The notes beneath the pieces are model-generated. The model was given only the letters and a program-made list of their open reading frames with translations, ran no database searches and was not told the origin of the DNA. Positions 1-10,559 of a stretch of DNA of 64,000 bases are shown in pieces; within the stretch, counting starts at the first letter, position 1, and every line of letters starts with the position of its first letter. The DNA comes from Dehalococcoidia bacterium (lineage in GTDB: Bacteria; Chloroflexota; Dehalococcoidia; UBA2979), in the NCBI GenBank assembly GCA_019694855.1, contig JAIBBD010000004.1:9753-73752 (forward strand), given 5' to 3'. The translations under genes were made by a program, and so were the position numbers.

Positions 1-280
1 CGCAGACGGTCGTGAACCCGCCGCGCGCCGCGGCGGCCGTGCCGCTCGCGATGGTCTCCTTGTACTCGAAGCCTGGCTCGCGCAGGTGCACATGCAGGTC
101 GACGAAGCCCGGCGCGACCACGAGGCCGGTCGCATCGATCCGGTCCGCCTCGATCACCGCGTCGCCCTCGTTCGGCCCGACACGCGCGACACGGCCGTCG
201 ACGATCACCACGTCCGCGATGCCGTCGCGCCCGAGCGCCGGGTCAATGACGCGCGCGTTGTGGATCGCCAGCGTGGTCAT
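1..280 (-). CDS. pyrC: dihydroorotase, N-terminal part only (gene continues past the window start)
   Basis: Reverse-strand translation from the ATG at 280 gives [75 protein letters not shown], the typical dihydroorotase N-terminus with its HxH metal motif. The start overlaps the pyrB stop (ATGA), and the pyrB-pyrC order is conserved. Confidence 0.85.
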   Translation of the reverse strand, partial: MTTLAIHNARVIDPALGRDGIADVVIVDGRVARVGPNEGDAVIEADRIDATGLVVAPGFVDLHVHLREPGFEYKETIASGTAAAARGGFTTVC

Positions 281-1305
281 CGCATCGACTCCATCGGGGC
301 GGGTGCCGGCCGCCCGCCCATCCCCGCGAGGAGGTACAGCAGCGCCATGCGCACGGCGACCCCGTTCGTAACCTGCTCCTCGATGATCGAGTGGCTGCCC
401 GTCGCGACGTCGCCGGCGATCTCGACGCCCTCGTTCTTCGGGCCAGGGTGCATCAGCAGGTGGTCGGGGTGCGCCCTCGCGAGGCGTGCCGCCGTCACCT
501 GGTAGTGCGCCGCGTACTCGTGCAGCGAGGGCAATAGTCCGCCCTGCTGGCGCTCACTCTGCAGCCGCAGCGCCATCACGACATGGGCGCCTTCGAGGGC
601 GCGCTCGATGTCCGCCTCCACGCGCACGAGCGGCAGCGCCGCCTCCGCGTGCGCCGGCCGGTCCTCCACCCGCAGTCCGCGAGGCAGCAGCGTGGGCGGG
701 CCGCACACGACGACCTCGGCGCCCATCGCCGAAAGCCCCCACATGTCCGAACGCGCGACGCGGGAATGCGAGATGTCGCCCACCATGACCACGCGCTTCC
801 CGCGCAGGTCGCCGAAGTGCTTCCGCATCGTGTAGAGGTCGAGCAGTGCCTGCGTGGGGTGCGCGTGCGCCCCGTCGCCGGCGTTCACGATCGAGGCCTC
901 GGTGTGACTCGCGGCGAGGTACGCAGCCCCCGCCGAGGAGTGGCGCATCACGATCACGTCCGCGCCCATCGCCCGTAGAGTGCGCACCGTGTCGATGAGG
1001 GACTCACCCTTTTGCACCGACGAAGTGCTCGCGCTGAGGCTGATCACGTCCGCTCCGAGCACTTTGCCGGCCAGCTCGAATGAGGCGCGCGTGCGCGTCG
1101 AGTTCTCGTAGAACAGGTTCACGACCGTGTGCCCTCGCAACGCGGGCACGCGCGCAATGCGCCGGTCGAGCACCTCCCGCATGCGCTCGGCGAGTCCGAG
1201 AACTTCCTCGATCTCATCGCGGGTGAAGTCGTCCAGGTCGAGGACGTGGTGGTGCTCCCAAGTGCGCGTCGAGGTCGTCGCGGGTCGCTCTGCGGTCGTC
1301 GTCAT
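277..1305 (-). CDS. pyrB: aspartate carbamoyltransferase catalytic subunit
   Basis: 342-aa ORF with the ATCase motifs STRTR and HPTQ, and an SxxK carbamoyl-phosphate site. Confidence 0.95.
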   Translation of the reverse strand: MTTTAERPATTSTRTWEHHHVLDLDDFTRDEIEEVLGLAERMREVLDRRIARVPALRGHTVVNLFYENSTRTRASFELAGKVLGADVISLSASTSSVQKGESLIDTVRTLRAMGADVIVMRHSSAGAAYLAASHTEASIVNAGDGAHAHPTQALLDLYTMRKHFGDLRGKRVVMVGDISHSRVARSDMWGLSAMGAEVVVCGPPTLLPRGLRVEDRPAHAEAALPLVRVEADIERALEGAHVVMALRLQSERQQGGLLPSLHEYAAHYQVTAARLARAHPDHLLMHPGPKNEGVEIAGDVATGSHSIIEEQVTNGVAVRMALLYLLAGMGGRPAPAPMESMR

Positions 1306-1865
1306 GGCGCATCTCCTCCGCCGGCACGCACGATCACGGCGTCCCGGCCGTCCTCCTCCTGCAGCAGCACCTGCACATCGTCCAGGCGCGCTGTCGGGAC
1401 GTTCTTGCCGACGATGTCGGCGCGGATGGGGAGCTCGCGGTGCCCGCGGTCCACGAGCACCGCGAGCCGGACGACCCGCGGCCGTCCGTAATCGTTCAGC
1501 GCGTCGAGGGCGGCCCGCGTCGTGCGGCCGGTGAACAGCACGTCGTCGACGATGACGACGTTGCGTCCCTCGATGTTCGGGAGCGCGGTCGGCCGCGTGC
1601 GCGCGTCGAGCCCGCGCGCCGCGAGGTCGTCGCGGTGCAGCGTGATGTCCAGCGCGCCCACGGGCGGGCGCTCACCTTCGAAGCTCTCGATGATGCCGGC
1701 GATGCGCTCGGCGAGTGTGACGCCCCGCGTCTGGATGCCCACCAGCACGAGGTCGCGGAGGCCCCCGTTGCGCTCGACCACCTCGTGCGCGAGCCGCGTC
1801 AGTGTGCGTCGCACGCCTTCCTCATCGAGCACGATCCCGTGCGTCCGCTCGGACAGCTCAGGCAT
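1302..1865 (-). CDS. pyrR: bifunctional pyrimidine operon regulator / uracil phosphoribosyltransferase PyrR
   Basis: 187 aa with the PRTase motif [13 protein letters not shown] and a PyrR-like N-terminus. It sits just upstream of pyrB on the same strand with a 4-bp overlap. Confidence 0.9.
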   Translation of the reverse strand: MPELSERTHGIVLDEEGVRRTLTRLAHEVVERNGGLRDLVLVGIQTRGVTLAERIAGIIESFEGERPPVGALDITLHRDDLAARGLDARTRPTALPNIEGRNVVIVDDVLFTGRTTRAALDALNDYGRPRVVRLAVLVDRGHRELPIRADIVGKNVPTARLDDVQVLLQEEDGRDAVIVRAGGGDAP

Positions 1866-1990
1866 GAAAAACCCTCCGAGGAAACCTGGAGGGTGGTGTC
1901 GGAAATGCGCGCGTGAAGTCTCGATGCGAGCCGAGGTGATGCATTCTGCGTCCTTTCCGGCCTCACGGGGCCGGTCTTAAAGACCGCGCT
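1866..1990 (-). promoter_or_regulatory. pyr leader with a candidate PyrR-binding hairpin / attenuator
   Basis: The minus-strand RNA contains the hairpin CCCUCCAGGUUUCCUCGGAGGG with a UCCAG loop-proximal motif resembling the PyrR binding loop (UCCAGAGAGG consensus). It is followed by a U run and the pyrR RBS/start. Further upstream lies a second hairpin, GGUCUUUAAGACC...GGCCCCGUGAGGCCGG. Confidence 0.4.
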
Positions 1991-2054
1991 GGGGTCGCGT
2001 GAAACAGCCTACCACCGAGGCGTTTCCTCACGCAAAGGGTGTGTCGGTGTGGGC

Positions 2055-2960
2055 TTACGAAGCCCCGCCGCGCTGCTCCCGCAGGAAGCGTTCGAGTTCG
2101 TCGACCATCGACTGTGCGTCGGGCAACTCTTCCGAGGAGTCATCCGGCTCAGGCGCCTGGCCGAGCAACTCGGCCTCTTCGGCGTCCTGGTGCTCCTCGA
2201 TCCGCTTGGCGTAGTCGACCATCTCGGGGTTCTTCGCGATTTCCTCCGCCACCTGGGCGTCGAAGCGCGCGACGAACACTTCGAGGTCGTGCAGGCGCAG
2301 GTCCAGTCGCAGGTTGCGGTTCAGCTGTTCGAGGAGCGCGAGCGTCCCTTTCGGGTTCGGCGACGCGTTCACGTAGTGCGGCACGCTTGCCCACATCGAG
2401 GCGGTCGGCAGTCCGGCCTCCTTCGCCAAGTTGTTGAAGACTCCGACGATGCCTGTCGGGCCCTCGTACCGCGACACCGTCGGCCCCGGCAGTCCGAGCA
2501 TCCGGCGCAGCTCCGGATCCTCCGAGGAGCCCTGCACGTGCACGGGCCGCGCATGGCTGACCTCCGCAAGCAGCGCCCCCAGCGTGACAATGGCGGAGAC
2601 GTCGAACGTCTTGCAGAGTTCGAGCAGCGCATCGGAGTACGCGCGCCACGAGAGGTGTGGCTCCGCGCCCTGGAACAGGATGACGTCCGGCCCGTCGCCT
2701 TCGCGGCGGTGGCCAACGAACTCGTTGGCGGGCCAGTCGAGGACACGCTCGCCATTCTCGAGGCGGACTTTCGGGCGGTTCTGGGTGAAGTCGTAGAACG
2801 GGTCGCAGTCGATGCTCGCGAACGGCGTCTCGCGCCAGCGGCGGCGGATGAAGCGGATCGCCCCTGTCGCCGATTCGCCCGCGTCGTTCCAACCAGACCA
2901 CGCCGCGATCAAGATCGGGCGCCGCAGTTCTGGGTGGCTCTCAATCCGCAGGTCGCTCAT
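2055..2960 (-). CDS. PAC2 (proteasome assembly chaperone 2-like) family protein
   Basis: 301 aa. N-terminal LIAAWSGWNDAGESATGAI and central VTLGALLAEV match the bacterial PAC2 family. No proteasome genes are in the window. Confidence 0.7.
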   Translation of the reverse strand: MSDLRIESHPELRRPILIAAWSGWNDAGESATGAIRFIRRRWRETPFASIDCDPFYDFTQNRPKVRLENGERVLDWPANEFVGHRREGDGPDVILFQGAEPHLSWRAYSDALLELCKTFDVSAIVTLGALLAEVSHARPVHVQGSSEDPELRRMLGLPGPTVSRYEGPTGIVGVFNNLAKEAGLPTASMWASVPHYVNASPNPKGTLALLEQLNRNLRLDLRLHDLEVFVARFDAQVAEEIAKNPEMVDYAKRIEEHQDAEEAELLGQAPEPDDSSEELPDAQSMVDELERFLREQRGGAS

Positions 2961-3022
2961 GGCTCAAGCATAGTCCCATCACCGAGGAAACACACCCCGA
3001 CACCCGCGCCCCTCGACGCCGC

Positions 3023-3274
3023 TCATTCGGTCGTCCCGGCCGGCGTCGCCGGTGCCGGTGGATCGAGGAACAGGTTCCAGCCGCGCACCTGGACGCGGGC
3101 TGCGAGCTTCGCGCCGTTGTGGAACCGCACCTGCGCAAACCCGCACTCCACGCACCCGAGGACGTCCCAGTTCGTCCCGCCGGGCCAGTGCCCGAGCACG
3201 CGCCCGACCGCTGTCCCGATGCTGCGGAGGAGCTCCGGCGGCACCTCGGTCATCTGGTGGTCGTGGTCTGCCAT
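3023..3274 (-). CDS. hypothetical small protein (83 aa)
   Basis: ATG start at 3274, same strand and 62 bp upstream of the PAC2 gene. No recognisable domain, and the coding call is weak. Confidence 0.4.
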   Translation of the reverse strand: MADHDHQMTEVPPELLRSIGTAVGRVLGHWPGGTNWDVLGCVECGFAQVRFHNGAKLAARVQVRGWNLFLDPPAPATPAGTTE

Positions 3275-3469
3275 GGCTCGCTCCTTCGATCAGGTTCCTG
3301 AACATTGAACGTTCGCGCCGGACTTGCCATCGGCCGGCGCCGGCCTCGCGTGGCTCAACTCACGAACCAGCTGTGGCCAGGATTATGCGCTTCGCCAATA
3401 ACGGCCGCGATCCCGAGAAGTAATGACGGAAGCCGCGCCGTCTCCTACCTCGAGGGCCGCTCGTGCTGG

Positions 3470-3850
3470 CTACTGGCCGACGAACGTCTTCGTCACCGCG
3501 TTCACCTGCACGGTGTACGTGCGCCCTGGCTGGAAGTCCGGCCCCAGCGTGATCGCGTGCTTCGCCGTCCCATAGATCGCGGTGCAGGCGCCGTTCTTCG
3601 GTATCTCGATGCGGTTCCAGACGCTCACCTCGACGGTGTCGCCATTGCGCACAACCTCGTAGCGGTCGAACGAGGCACACCCGCTCGGCAACCCCGACGT
3701 GACATCGAGGAAGTACTGCGGCGGGAACGACTCCGCGACGCGCACCTCGACCGACTCGATCGGCGCAAGTTCACTCGTCACGCGCGCGCCTTTCTCGTCA
3801 CCGCACGCGACGAGGAGCAGCACGGCCGCGGCGATGAGCAGCACCCGCAT
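3470..3850 (-). CDS. lipoprotein (126 aa)
   Basis: The internal Met MRVLLIAAAVLLLVACGDE gives a signal peptide plus lipobox (L-V-A-C). The longer 344-aa ORF upstream of it is low-complexity read-through and was rejected. Confidence 0.65.
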   Translation of the reverse strand: MRVLLIAAAVLLLVACGDEKGARVTSELAPIESVEVRVAESFPPQYFLDVTSGLPSGCASFDRYEVVRNGDTVEVSVWNRIEIPKNGACTAIYGTAKHAITLGPDFQPGRTYTVQVNAVTKTFVGQ

Positions 3851-3945
3851 GTCGGTGAAACGCCGGGGCGAGGTGCAGGGTTCCACCGGGAAGCGAAAGG
3901 GGCCCGCCGGCCCCCTTCGGTCCATGCTTCCCATAGGCCGTATGG

Positions 3946-4968
3946 CTACGACAGCCCGCGCTCCCCCAGGTATGCGACCAGGTCGGTGATGCGGCAGGCG
4001 TACCCGTACTCGTTGTCGTACCAGCCCATCGTCTTCACCATGTCGTTGTCCAGCACCATGGTCGACGGCGAGTCGAAGATCGCCGACGCCGGGTGCCCGC
4101 GGAAGTCCGTCGAAACCAGCTCCTGCTTCTCGAAGTAGAGGAATCCCTTCATCGGGCCCTCGGCCGCCGTCAGGAACGCTTCGTTGATCGCGCCCTTCGA
4201 GGCCGGCTGCGCCAGGTCCGTCACCAGGTCGACGACCGACACCGTGGGCGTTGGCACGCGGTACGCCACGCCGTTCATCCTCCCCTCGAGCTCCGGGATG
4301 ATCTTGCTGATGGAGCGCGCCGCGCCCGTCGAGGTCGGAATGATGTTCAGCGCCGCCGCCCGTGCCCGCCGCAGGTCCCGGTGCTTCGCGTCCACGAGGT
4401 TCTGGTCGCGGGTATAAGCATGAATGGTCGTCATGAAGCCGCGCCGGACCCCAAAGGCGTCGTGCAACACCTTCACCATCGGCACGACACAGTTCGTCGT
4501 GCACGAGCCGTTCGAGATGACGTGATGCCGGGCTGGGTCGTAGTCGAGGTGGTTCACGCCCATGATGACGGTCCAGTCCTCGTCTTTGCCGGGCGCGGAG
4601 ATGATCACCTTCTTCACGCTGCCACGCAGGTGCTTCGAGGCCATCTCGCGCGACTCGAATTCACCCGTCGACTCGATGACGATGTCCGCGCCGACCGAGT
4701 TCCAGTCGATCTGCGCCGGATCGTCCTCCCGGAACACCTTGATTTCGCGCCCGCCGATCGAGAAGCTGTCCGGCCCGTCCTCGATCTCTGCCGGGAAGCG
4801 CCCGTAGTCGCTGTCGAAACGCAGCAGGTGTGTGTGCATCGCGACGTCGCTGCGACCGTTGATCGCGACCAGTTCCCAGTCGTCGCGATGCAGCTCCCAC
4901 CAGGCGCGGACCGTCTGACGGCCGGTCCGGCCGAGTCCGTTGATGCCGACTCGCAGCTTGTTCGCCAT
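3946..4968 (-). CDS. gap: type I glyceraldehyde-3-phosphate dehydrogenase
   Basis: Translation from MANKLRVGINGLGRTGR (NAD-binding GxGxxG), with the ASCTTNC active-site Cys motif and WYDNEYGY C-terminus. The ORF-track N-terminal extension (to 5328) was rejected. Confidence 0.95.
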   Translation of the reverse strand: MANKLRVGINGLGRTGRQTVRAWWELHRDDWELVAINGRSDVAMHTHLLRFDSDYGRFPAEIEDGPDSFSIGGREIKVFREDDPAQIDWNSVGADIVIESTGEFESREMASKHLRGSVKKVIISAPGKDEDWTVIMGVNHLDYDPARHHVISNGSCTTNCVVPMVKVLHDAFGVRRGFMTTIHAYTRDQNLVDAKHRDLRRARAAALNIIPTSTGAARSISKIIPELEGRMNGVAYRVPTPTVSVVDLVTDLAQPASKGAINEAFLTAAEGPMKGFLYFEKQELVSTDFRGHPASAIFDSPSTMVLDNDMVKTMGWYDNEYGYACRITDLVAYLGERGLS

Positions 4969-5185
4969 CGTCCTCGTGTCTCCTCGTGATACTGCCGCGG
5001 GGAGTGCGGGCGGGTGCTGACTGACGCGCGTGCTCACGCGAATTGTAACGCTGCCGTGTACCGCCACTGAGCGCAAGAGACCCAAGTACGGCTGCCCATG
5101 AAGACAACATCGACGACCGATCTCGGGACGAGTCCGGGGGTCGATGTGGCCCGCCGATCGGCACGCCATGGTGCTGCGCCGGTCC

Positions 5186-7386
<2,201 letters not shown>

Positions 7387-7471
7387 TCACTTTCACGCGG
7401 CGACAGCTATGCACCGATGATCGGCTGGCGCGACGCGGCGGACAACCTTGATGGCCCCCGTTATCCGTGCT

Positions 7472-7506
7472 CCGTACGAATCGTACCGTACACTGCATAT
7501 CGTACA
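7472..7506 (+). promoter_or_regulatory. candidate operator of the VapB-type antitoxin (CGTAC repeats / palindromes)
   Basis: tccGTACGAaTCGTACcGTACactgcatatCGTACagg has four CGTAC units, including the perfect palindrome GTACGAATCGTAC, directly 5' of the RBS AGGAGG and the GTG start at 7518. This is the usual layout for RHH antitoxin autoregulatory sites. Confidence 0.45.
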
Positions 7507-7517
7507 GGAGGTGCCGT

Positions 7518-7775
7518 GTGCCGGCTGCCGATCGGTTCGAGGTCCGTCTGGACGGCGAGCGCCGGCGTAAGCTGGCCGAAGTCGCGGCTGTGTATGGCAC
7601 GAGCGCGTCCGAGGCCGTGCGAGTGATCATCGACCAGGCATACGACCGCATCACCCGTGATCGGCGTCGCCTCGCTGCCACAGCCCTCGCCTCGATGGCC
7701 GTAGAGGACGTCCCGGACGAGGAGGAGCTGGCGCGTCAGCTCAGCGATGCGCATGCGACCACCGGCCTTTCTTGA
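7518..7775 (+). CDS. ribbon-helix-helix (CopG/VapB-like) antitoxin
   Basis: GTG start 7 nt after AGGAGG. The N-terminal RFEVRLDGERRRKLAEVAAVYGTSASEAVRVIIDQAY fits the RHH beta-strand-helix-helix pattern. The ORF overlaps the downstream PIN toxin. The track's ATG at 7467 lies inside the operator and is less likely. Confidence 0.7.
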   Translation: MPAADRFEVRLDGERRRKLAEVAAVYGTSASEAVRVIIDQAYDRITRDRRRLAATALASMAVEDVPDEEELARQLSDAHATTGLS

Positions 7776-8199
7776 CACGAATATTCCGATCTACGCCGCG
7801 GGGCGCCCTCATCCTCTGAAGGCGCCCGCGGTTCGCGTCCTCACCCTGGTCGCGGAGTACCCCGAGGCGTTCATCACAGACGTCGAGGTCGTGCAGGAGC
7901 TGCTGCATCGCTACACCGCGCTGAGGCTCTGGGACGCGGGTCGCGCCGTAGTGGCCCAGTTCCTGGTGCTCATGGAAGGGCGCGTCGAGGCCGTCCTCGT
8001 CGACGACGTCCGCCGCGCCGCCGAGCTCGCCGATGAGCATCGCGATGTCGCCGCGCGCGACCTCTTGCACGCGGCCGTTATGCGCCGCCTGGGCGCGGAC
8101 GCGATCGTGAGCACCGAGAAGGACTTCGACCGCATTCGAGATGTGACCCGCCTGCCGCCAGCGGCGGTAGACGAGTGGAGTCCGGCGTTCACCGGGTAA
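7747..8199 (+). CDS. vapC: PIN-domain ribonuclease toxin VapC
   Basis: 150 aa. FLDTNIPIY (first conserved Asp), EVVQEL (Glu), DLLHAA (Asp) and a C-terminal acidic residue fit the PIN fold. It overlaps the antitoxin ORF; an alternative start is the ATG at 7753. Confidence 0.8.
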   Translation: MRMRPPAFLDTNIPIYAAGRPHPLKAPAVRVLTLVAEYPEAFITDVEVVQELLHRYTALRLWDAGRAVVAQFLVLMEGRVEAVLVDDVRRAAELADEHRDVAARDLLHAAVMRRLGADAIVSTEKDFDRIRDVTRLPPAAVDEWSPAFTG

Positions 8200-8222
8200 G
8201 CGGCTCCCCCGGCTGCCCTCCG

Positions 8223-9212
8223 TCAGTGCGCCCGGGGATGCACCTGCTCGTACACCTCGCGGAGATGCGCATCGGCGAGCTGCGTGTACACCTGCGTCGT
8301 CGACACGTTCGCGTGGCCGAGGAGTTCTTGGACGTCCCGAATCGAGGCGCCACCTCGCAGCATGTGCGTGGCGAACGAATGGCGCAGCGTATGCGGCGTT
8401 ACGTGCGCCTCGATGCCCGCCGACTTCGCGTATCCCTTGAGGATGAGCCAGAAACCTTGGCGCGTGAGCCGCTCACCGCGGCGGTTCACAAATAGCGCGA
8501 CCTGTGGCCGGTCCTTCAACAGTTGCGGGCGGGCCTCGTCGAAGTAACGCTCCACCGCCGCGACCGCCTGCTCGTACACCGGGATTGTGCGCTCCTTGGC
8601 TCCTTTGCCAAGGCACCGCACGAACGCCGGGCGCGGGAGGAAGTGCATGCTGTCGACATTCAGCGACACCAGCTCCGTCACCCGCATCCCCGTCGCGTAC
8701 ATCAATTCGAGCATCGCCCCGTCGCGGATGGCCTCCGCCGTGTCGAACCGCTGCGGCTCCCGCAGCAATGCATCGACGTCCGCGGTCGTCATCGGGCGCG
8801 GGACCGGCTTCGGCGCGCGCGGCGAGTCGATCGCCGCGGTGGGGTTCGAGGTGAGGTCGCCGTGGTCGAGCAGGAACGCGCAGAACGACTTCACCGCCGC
8901 CACCTTGCGGGCCACCGTCGCCGGCGCGTACGTCTGCTGCTTCAGCCAGAGGATGTAGTCCGTAACGAGGTCGCGTTCGATGTCCTTCGCCTCGAAGGCG
9001 ACGCCCGTCCCGCGGCGCTGGGTCGCAAAATCGTCGAACCGGGTGAGGTCGTTACGGTACGCGTCGATCGTGTTCTTAGAAGCGCCGCGCTCCGCCGACA
9101 TGTAATGTAGGAACGCTTCGATGCGTTGCTCCACGACGAACGCGCTCCCGCCCTCAGTCACTGTCGACTTTACATAGCCAATCAGCGGACGCCGCAGTAT
9201 ACAACCCGTCAT
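8223..9212 (-). CDS. xerD: tyrosine recombinase XerD/XerC family
   Basis: The C-terminal catalytic region has HTLRHSFATHMLRGGASIRDVQELLGHANVSTTQVYT and the R...K...HxxR...Y catalytic pattern. The N-terminal core-binding domain is AFLHYMSAERGASKNTIDAYRNDL. The ORF-track start (9356) adds a non-conserved 48 aa; the start was chosen at the internal ATG at 9212 and is uncertain. Confidence 0.8.
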   Translation of the reverse strand: MTGCILRRPLIGYVKSTVTEGGSAFVVEQRIEAFLHYMSAERGASKNTIDAYRNDLTRFDDFATQRRGTGVAFEAKDIERDLVTDYILWLKQQTYAPATVARKVAAVKSFCAFLLDHGDLTSNPTAAIDSPRAPKPVPRPMTTADVDALLREPQRFDTAEAIRDGAMLELMYATGMRVTELVSLNVDSMHFLPRPAFVRCLGKGAKERTIPVYEQAVAAVERYFDEARPQLLKDRPQVALFVNRRGERLTRQGFWLILKGYAKSAGIEAHVTPHTLRHSFATHMLRGGASIRDVQELLGHANVSTTQVYTQLADAHLREVYEQVHPRAH

Positions 9213-9299
9213 TCTGTCACTGTCCACTCGATTACCGAGCATAATGTCGCCTGAAACCGACTCCTCGGCTCGGATCGAGCCTGCCTGCGAGGAAACATA

Positions 9300-9905
9300 A
9301 TGACTCGGCTTCAGCCACTCCCGCCGGGTGAGCATCCGCCTCTTCATGGTACGCACGGCGTCTCCTTGCGCCCCGTCCGCGACTCGGACCTGCCTGACCT
9401 CCTCCGCTGGCGTCAGGATCCCGAAGTCGTGGAGTTTTGGGATGTCGCGCCCGAGACCATCGAGGAAGCGCGCGAGGAGTTCCTCGAGGCGGACATCGTC
9501 CCGTTATGGCGCTTCGTCATCGAATGGCAGGGGCGAGGCGTCGGCAGCGTCGAGTACAGCCACCCGTACGCCGATACCGACTACCTCTGGACCGCGGGCA
9601 TCGACATCTTCATTGGCGAGCCCGCCGCCCGGAACCGCGGCGTGGGCACCGAGGCGGTGCGTACGCTGCTCCAGTACCTGTTCGAGGTGAAGCACCTGCA
9701 TCGCGTCACGATCGACCCTGAAGTCGGCAACGCCCGTGCCATCCGCTCCTACGAGAAGGCTGGTTTCCGCTTCGACGGCGTGCTGCGACATAACGACCGC
9801 TTCGAGAACGGTCGCTACGTGGACACTCACTTCATGTCCATCATCGAGGACGAGTGGCCGGCCGCGAAGAACCGCTGGGAGGCTGAGGTCGACTCAGACG
9901 ACTGA
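9300..9905 (+). CDS. GNAT family N-acetyltransferase
   Basis: 201 aa with the acetyl-CoA binding motif RNRGVGTEAVRTLLQY and YEKAGFRFDG. It resembles aminoglycoside 6'-acetyltransferase-like and RimL-like proteins. Confidence 0.75.
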   Translation: MTRLQPLPPGEHPPLHGTHGVSLRPVRDSDLPDLLRWRQDPEVVEFWDVAPETIEEAREEFLEADIVPLWRFVIEWQGRGVGSVEYSHPYADTDYLWTAGIDIFIGEPAARNRGVGTEAVRTLLQYLFEVKHLHRVTIDPEVGNARAIRSYEKAGFRFDGVLRHNDRFENGRYVDTHFMSIIEDEWPAAKNRWEAEVDSDD

Positions 9906-10559
9906 CTCGTCGTCCTCCTCGAAGCCACCGGCGCCGCGCAGCGGCACGAACCGCACCCCGCCCAACGAAGTCGTCTCGATGCCAGCGGCCGTCCGCGTGA
10001 CCACGAGGAGCTCTTGGTCGTCGGCATGTTTGCCGACGGGCAACACCATGCGCCCACCGACGCGGAGTTGCCCCATGAGCGTCGGGGGAATCGAGGGCGC
10101 GACAGCCGTCACGAGGATGGCGTCGTAGGGCGCGAACGCGGGCGCGCCGAGCTCCTCACCTGCCGGGAGCACCGTCACATTCGTGACGCCGAGGCGTGCC
10201 AGCGTCCGCGCGGCCTGCTCGCGCAACGATCCCACGATCTCCACGCTCACGACGTCACGCACGAGTCGCGCGAGAATCGCCGCCTGGTACCCCGAGCCCG
10301 TCCCGACCTCCAGCACGTGCTCGTGGCCGTCGAGGCGCGCGGCCTCCGTCATCATCCCCACGATCAGCGGCTGCGAGATGGTCTGACCCTCGCCGATCGG
10401 GAGCGCCTGGTCATCGAAGGCGTACCGTCGCACACGCTCCGGTACAAACTCATCACGAGGCACTTCGCGCATCGCGTCGAGGACACGCTCGTCGCGCACG
10501 ACCCGCCCAACGAGGCGCACCATCTCCTCGATGGCTGTGTCTCGTCGCTCCGCTGTCAT
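9894..10559 (-). CDS. pcm: protein-L-isoaspartate O-methyltransferase
   Basis: 221 aa. TISQPLIVGMM and VLEVGTGSGYQAAILA (SAM motif I) are hallmarks of PIMT. Confidence 0.9.
   Translation of the reverse strand: MTAERRDTAIEEMVRLVGRVVRDERVLDAMREVPRDEFVPERVRRYAFDDQALPIGEGQTISQPLIVGMMTEAARLDGHEHVLEVGTGSGYQAAILARLVRDVVSVEIVGSLREQAARTLARLGVTNVTVLPAGEELGAPAFAPYDAILVTAVAPSIPPTLMGQLRVGGRMVLPVGKHADDQELLVVTRTAAGIETTSLGGVRFVPLRGAGGFEEDDESVV

Noticed and set aside
2049-3308. 419-aa plus-strand ORF overlapping the PAC2 gene and the small ORF
   Set aside because: Antisense to well-supported genes, with a low-complexity Arg/Pro/Gly-rich translation typical of spurious frames in 70% GC DNA.
3296-3320. GAACATTGAACGTTCG near the small ORF, considered as a LexA/Cheo SOS box
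   Set aside because: The half-sites are direct (GAAC...GAAC) or zero-spaced (GAACGTTC), not the GAAC-N4-GTTC inverted arrangement of Gram-positive/actinobacterial LexA boxes.
3851-4504. N-terminal 218-aa extension of the lipoprotein ORF (track ORF 3470..4504)
   Set aside because: The extension is Gly/Arg/Pro-rich nonsense and overlaps the 3' end of gap on the same strand. The lipoprotein signal peptide begins at the internal Met (3850).
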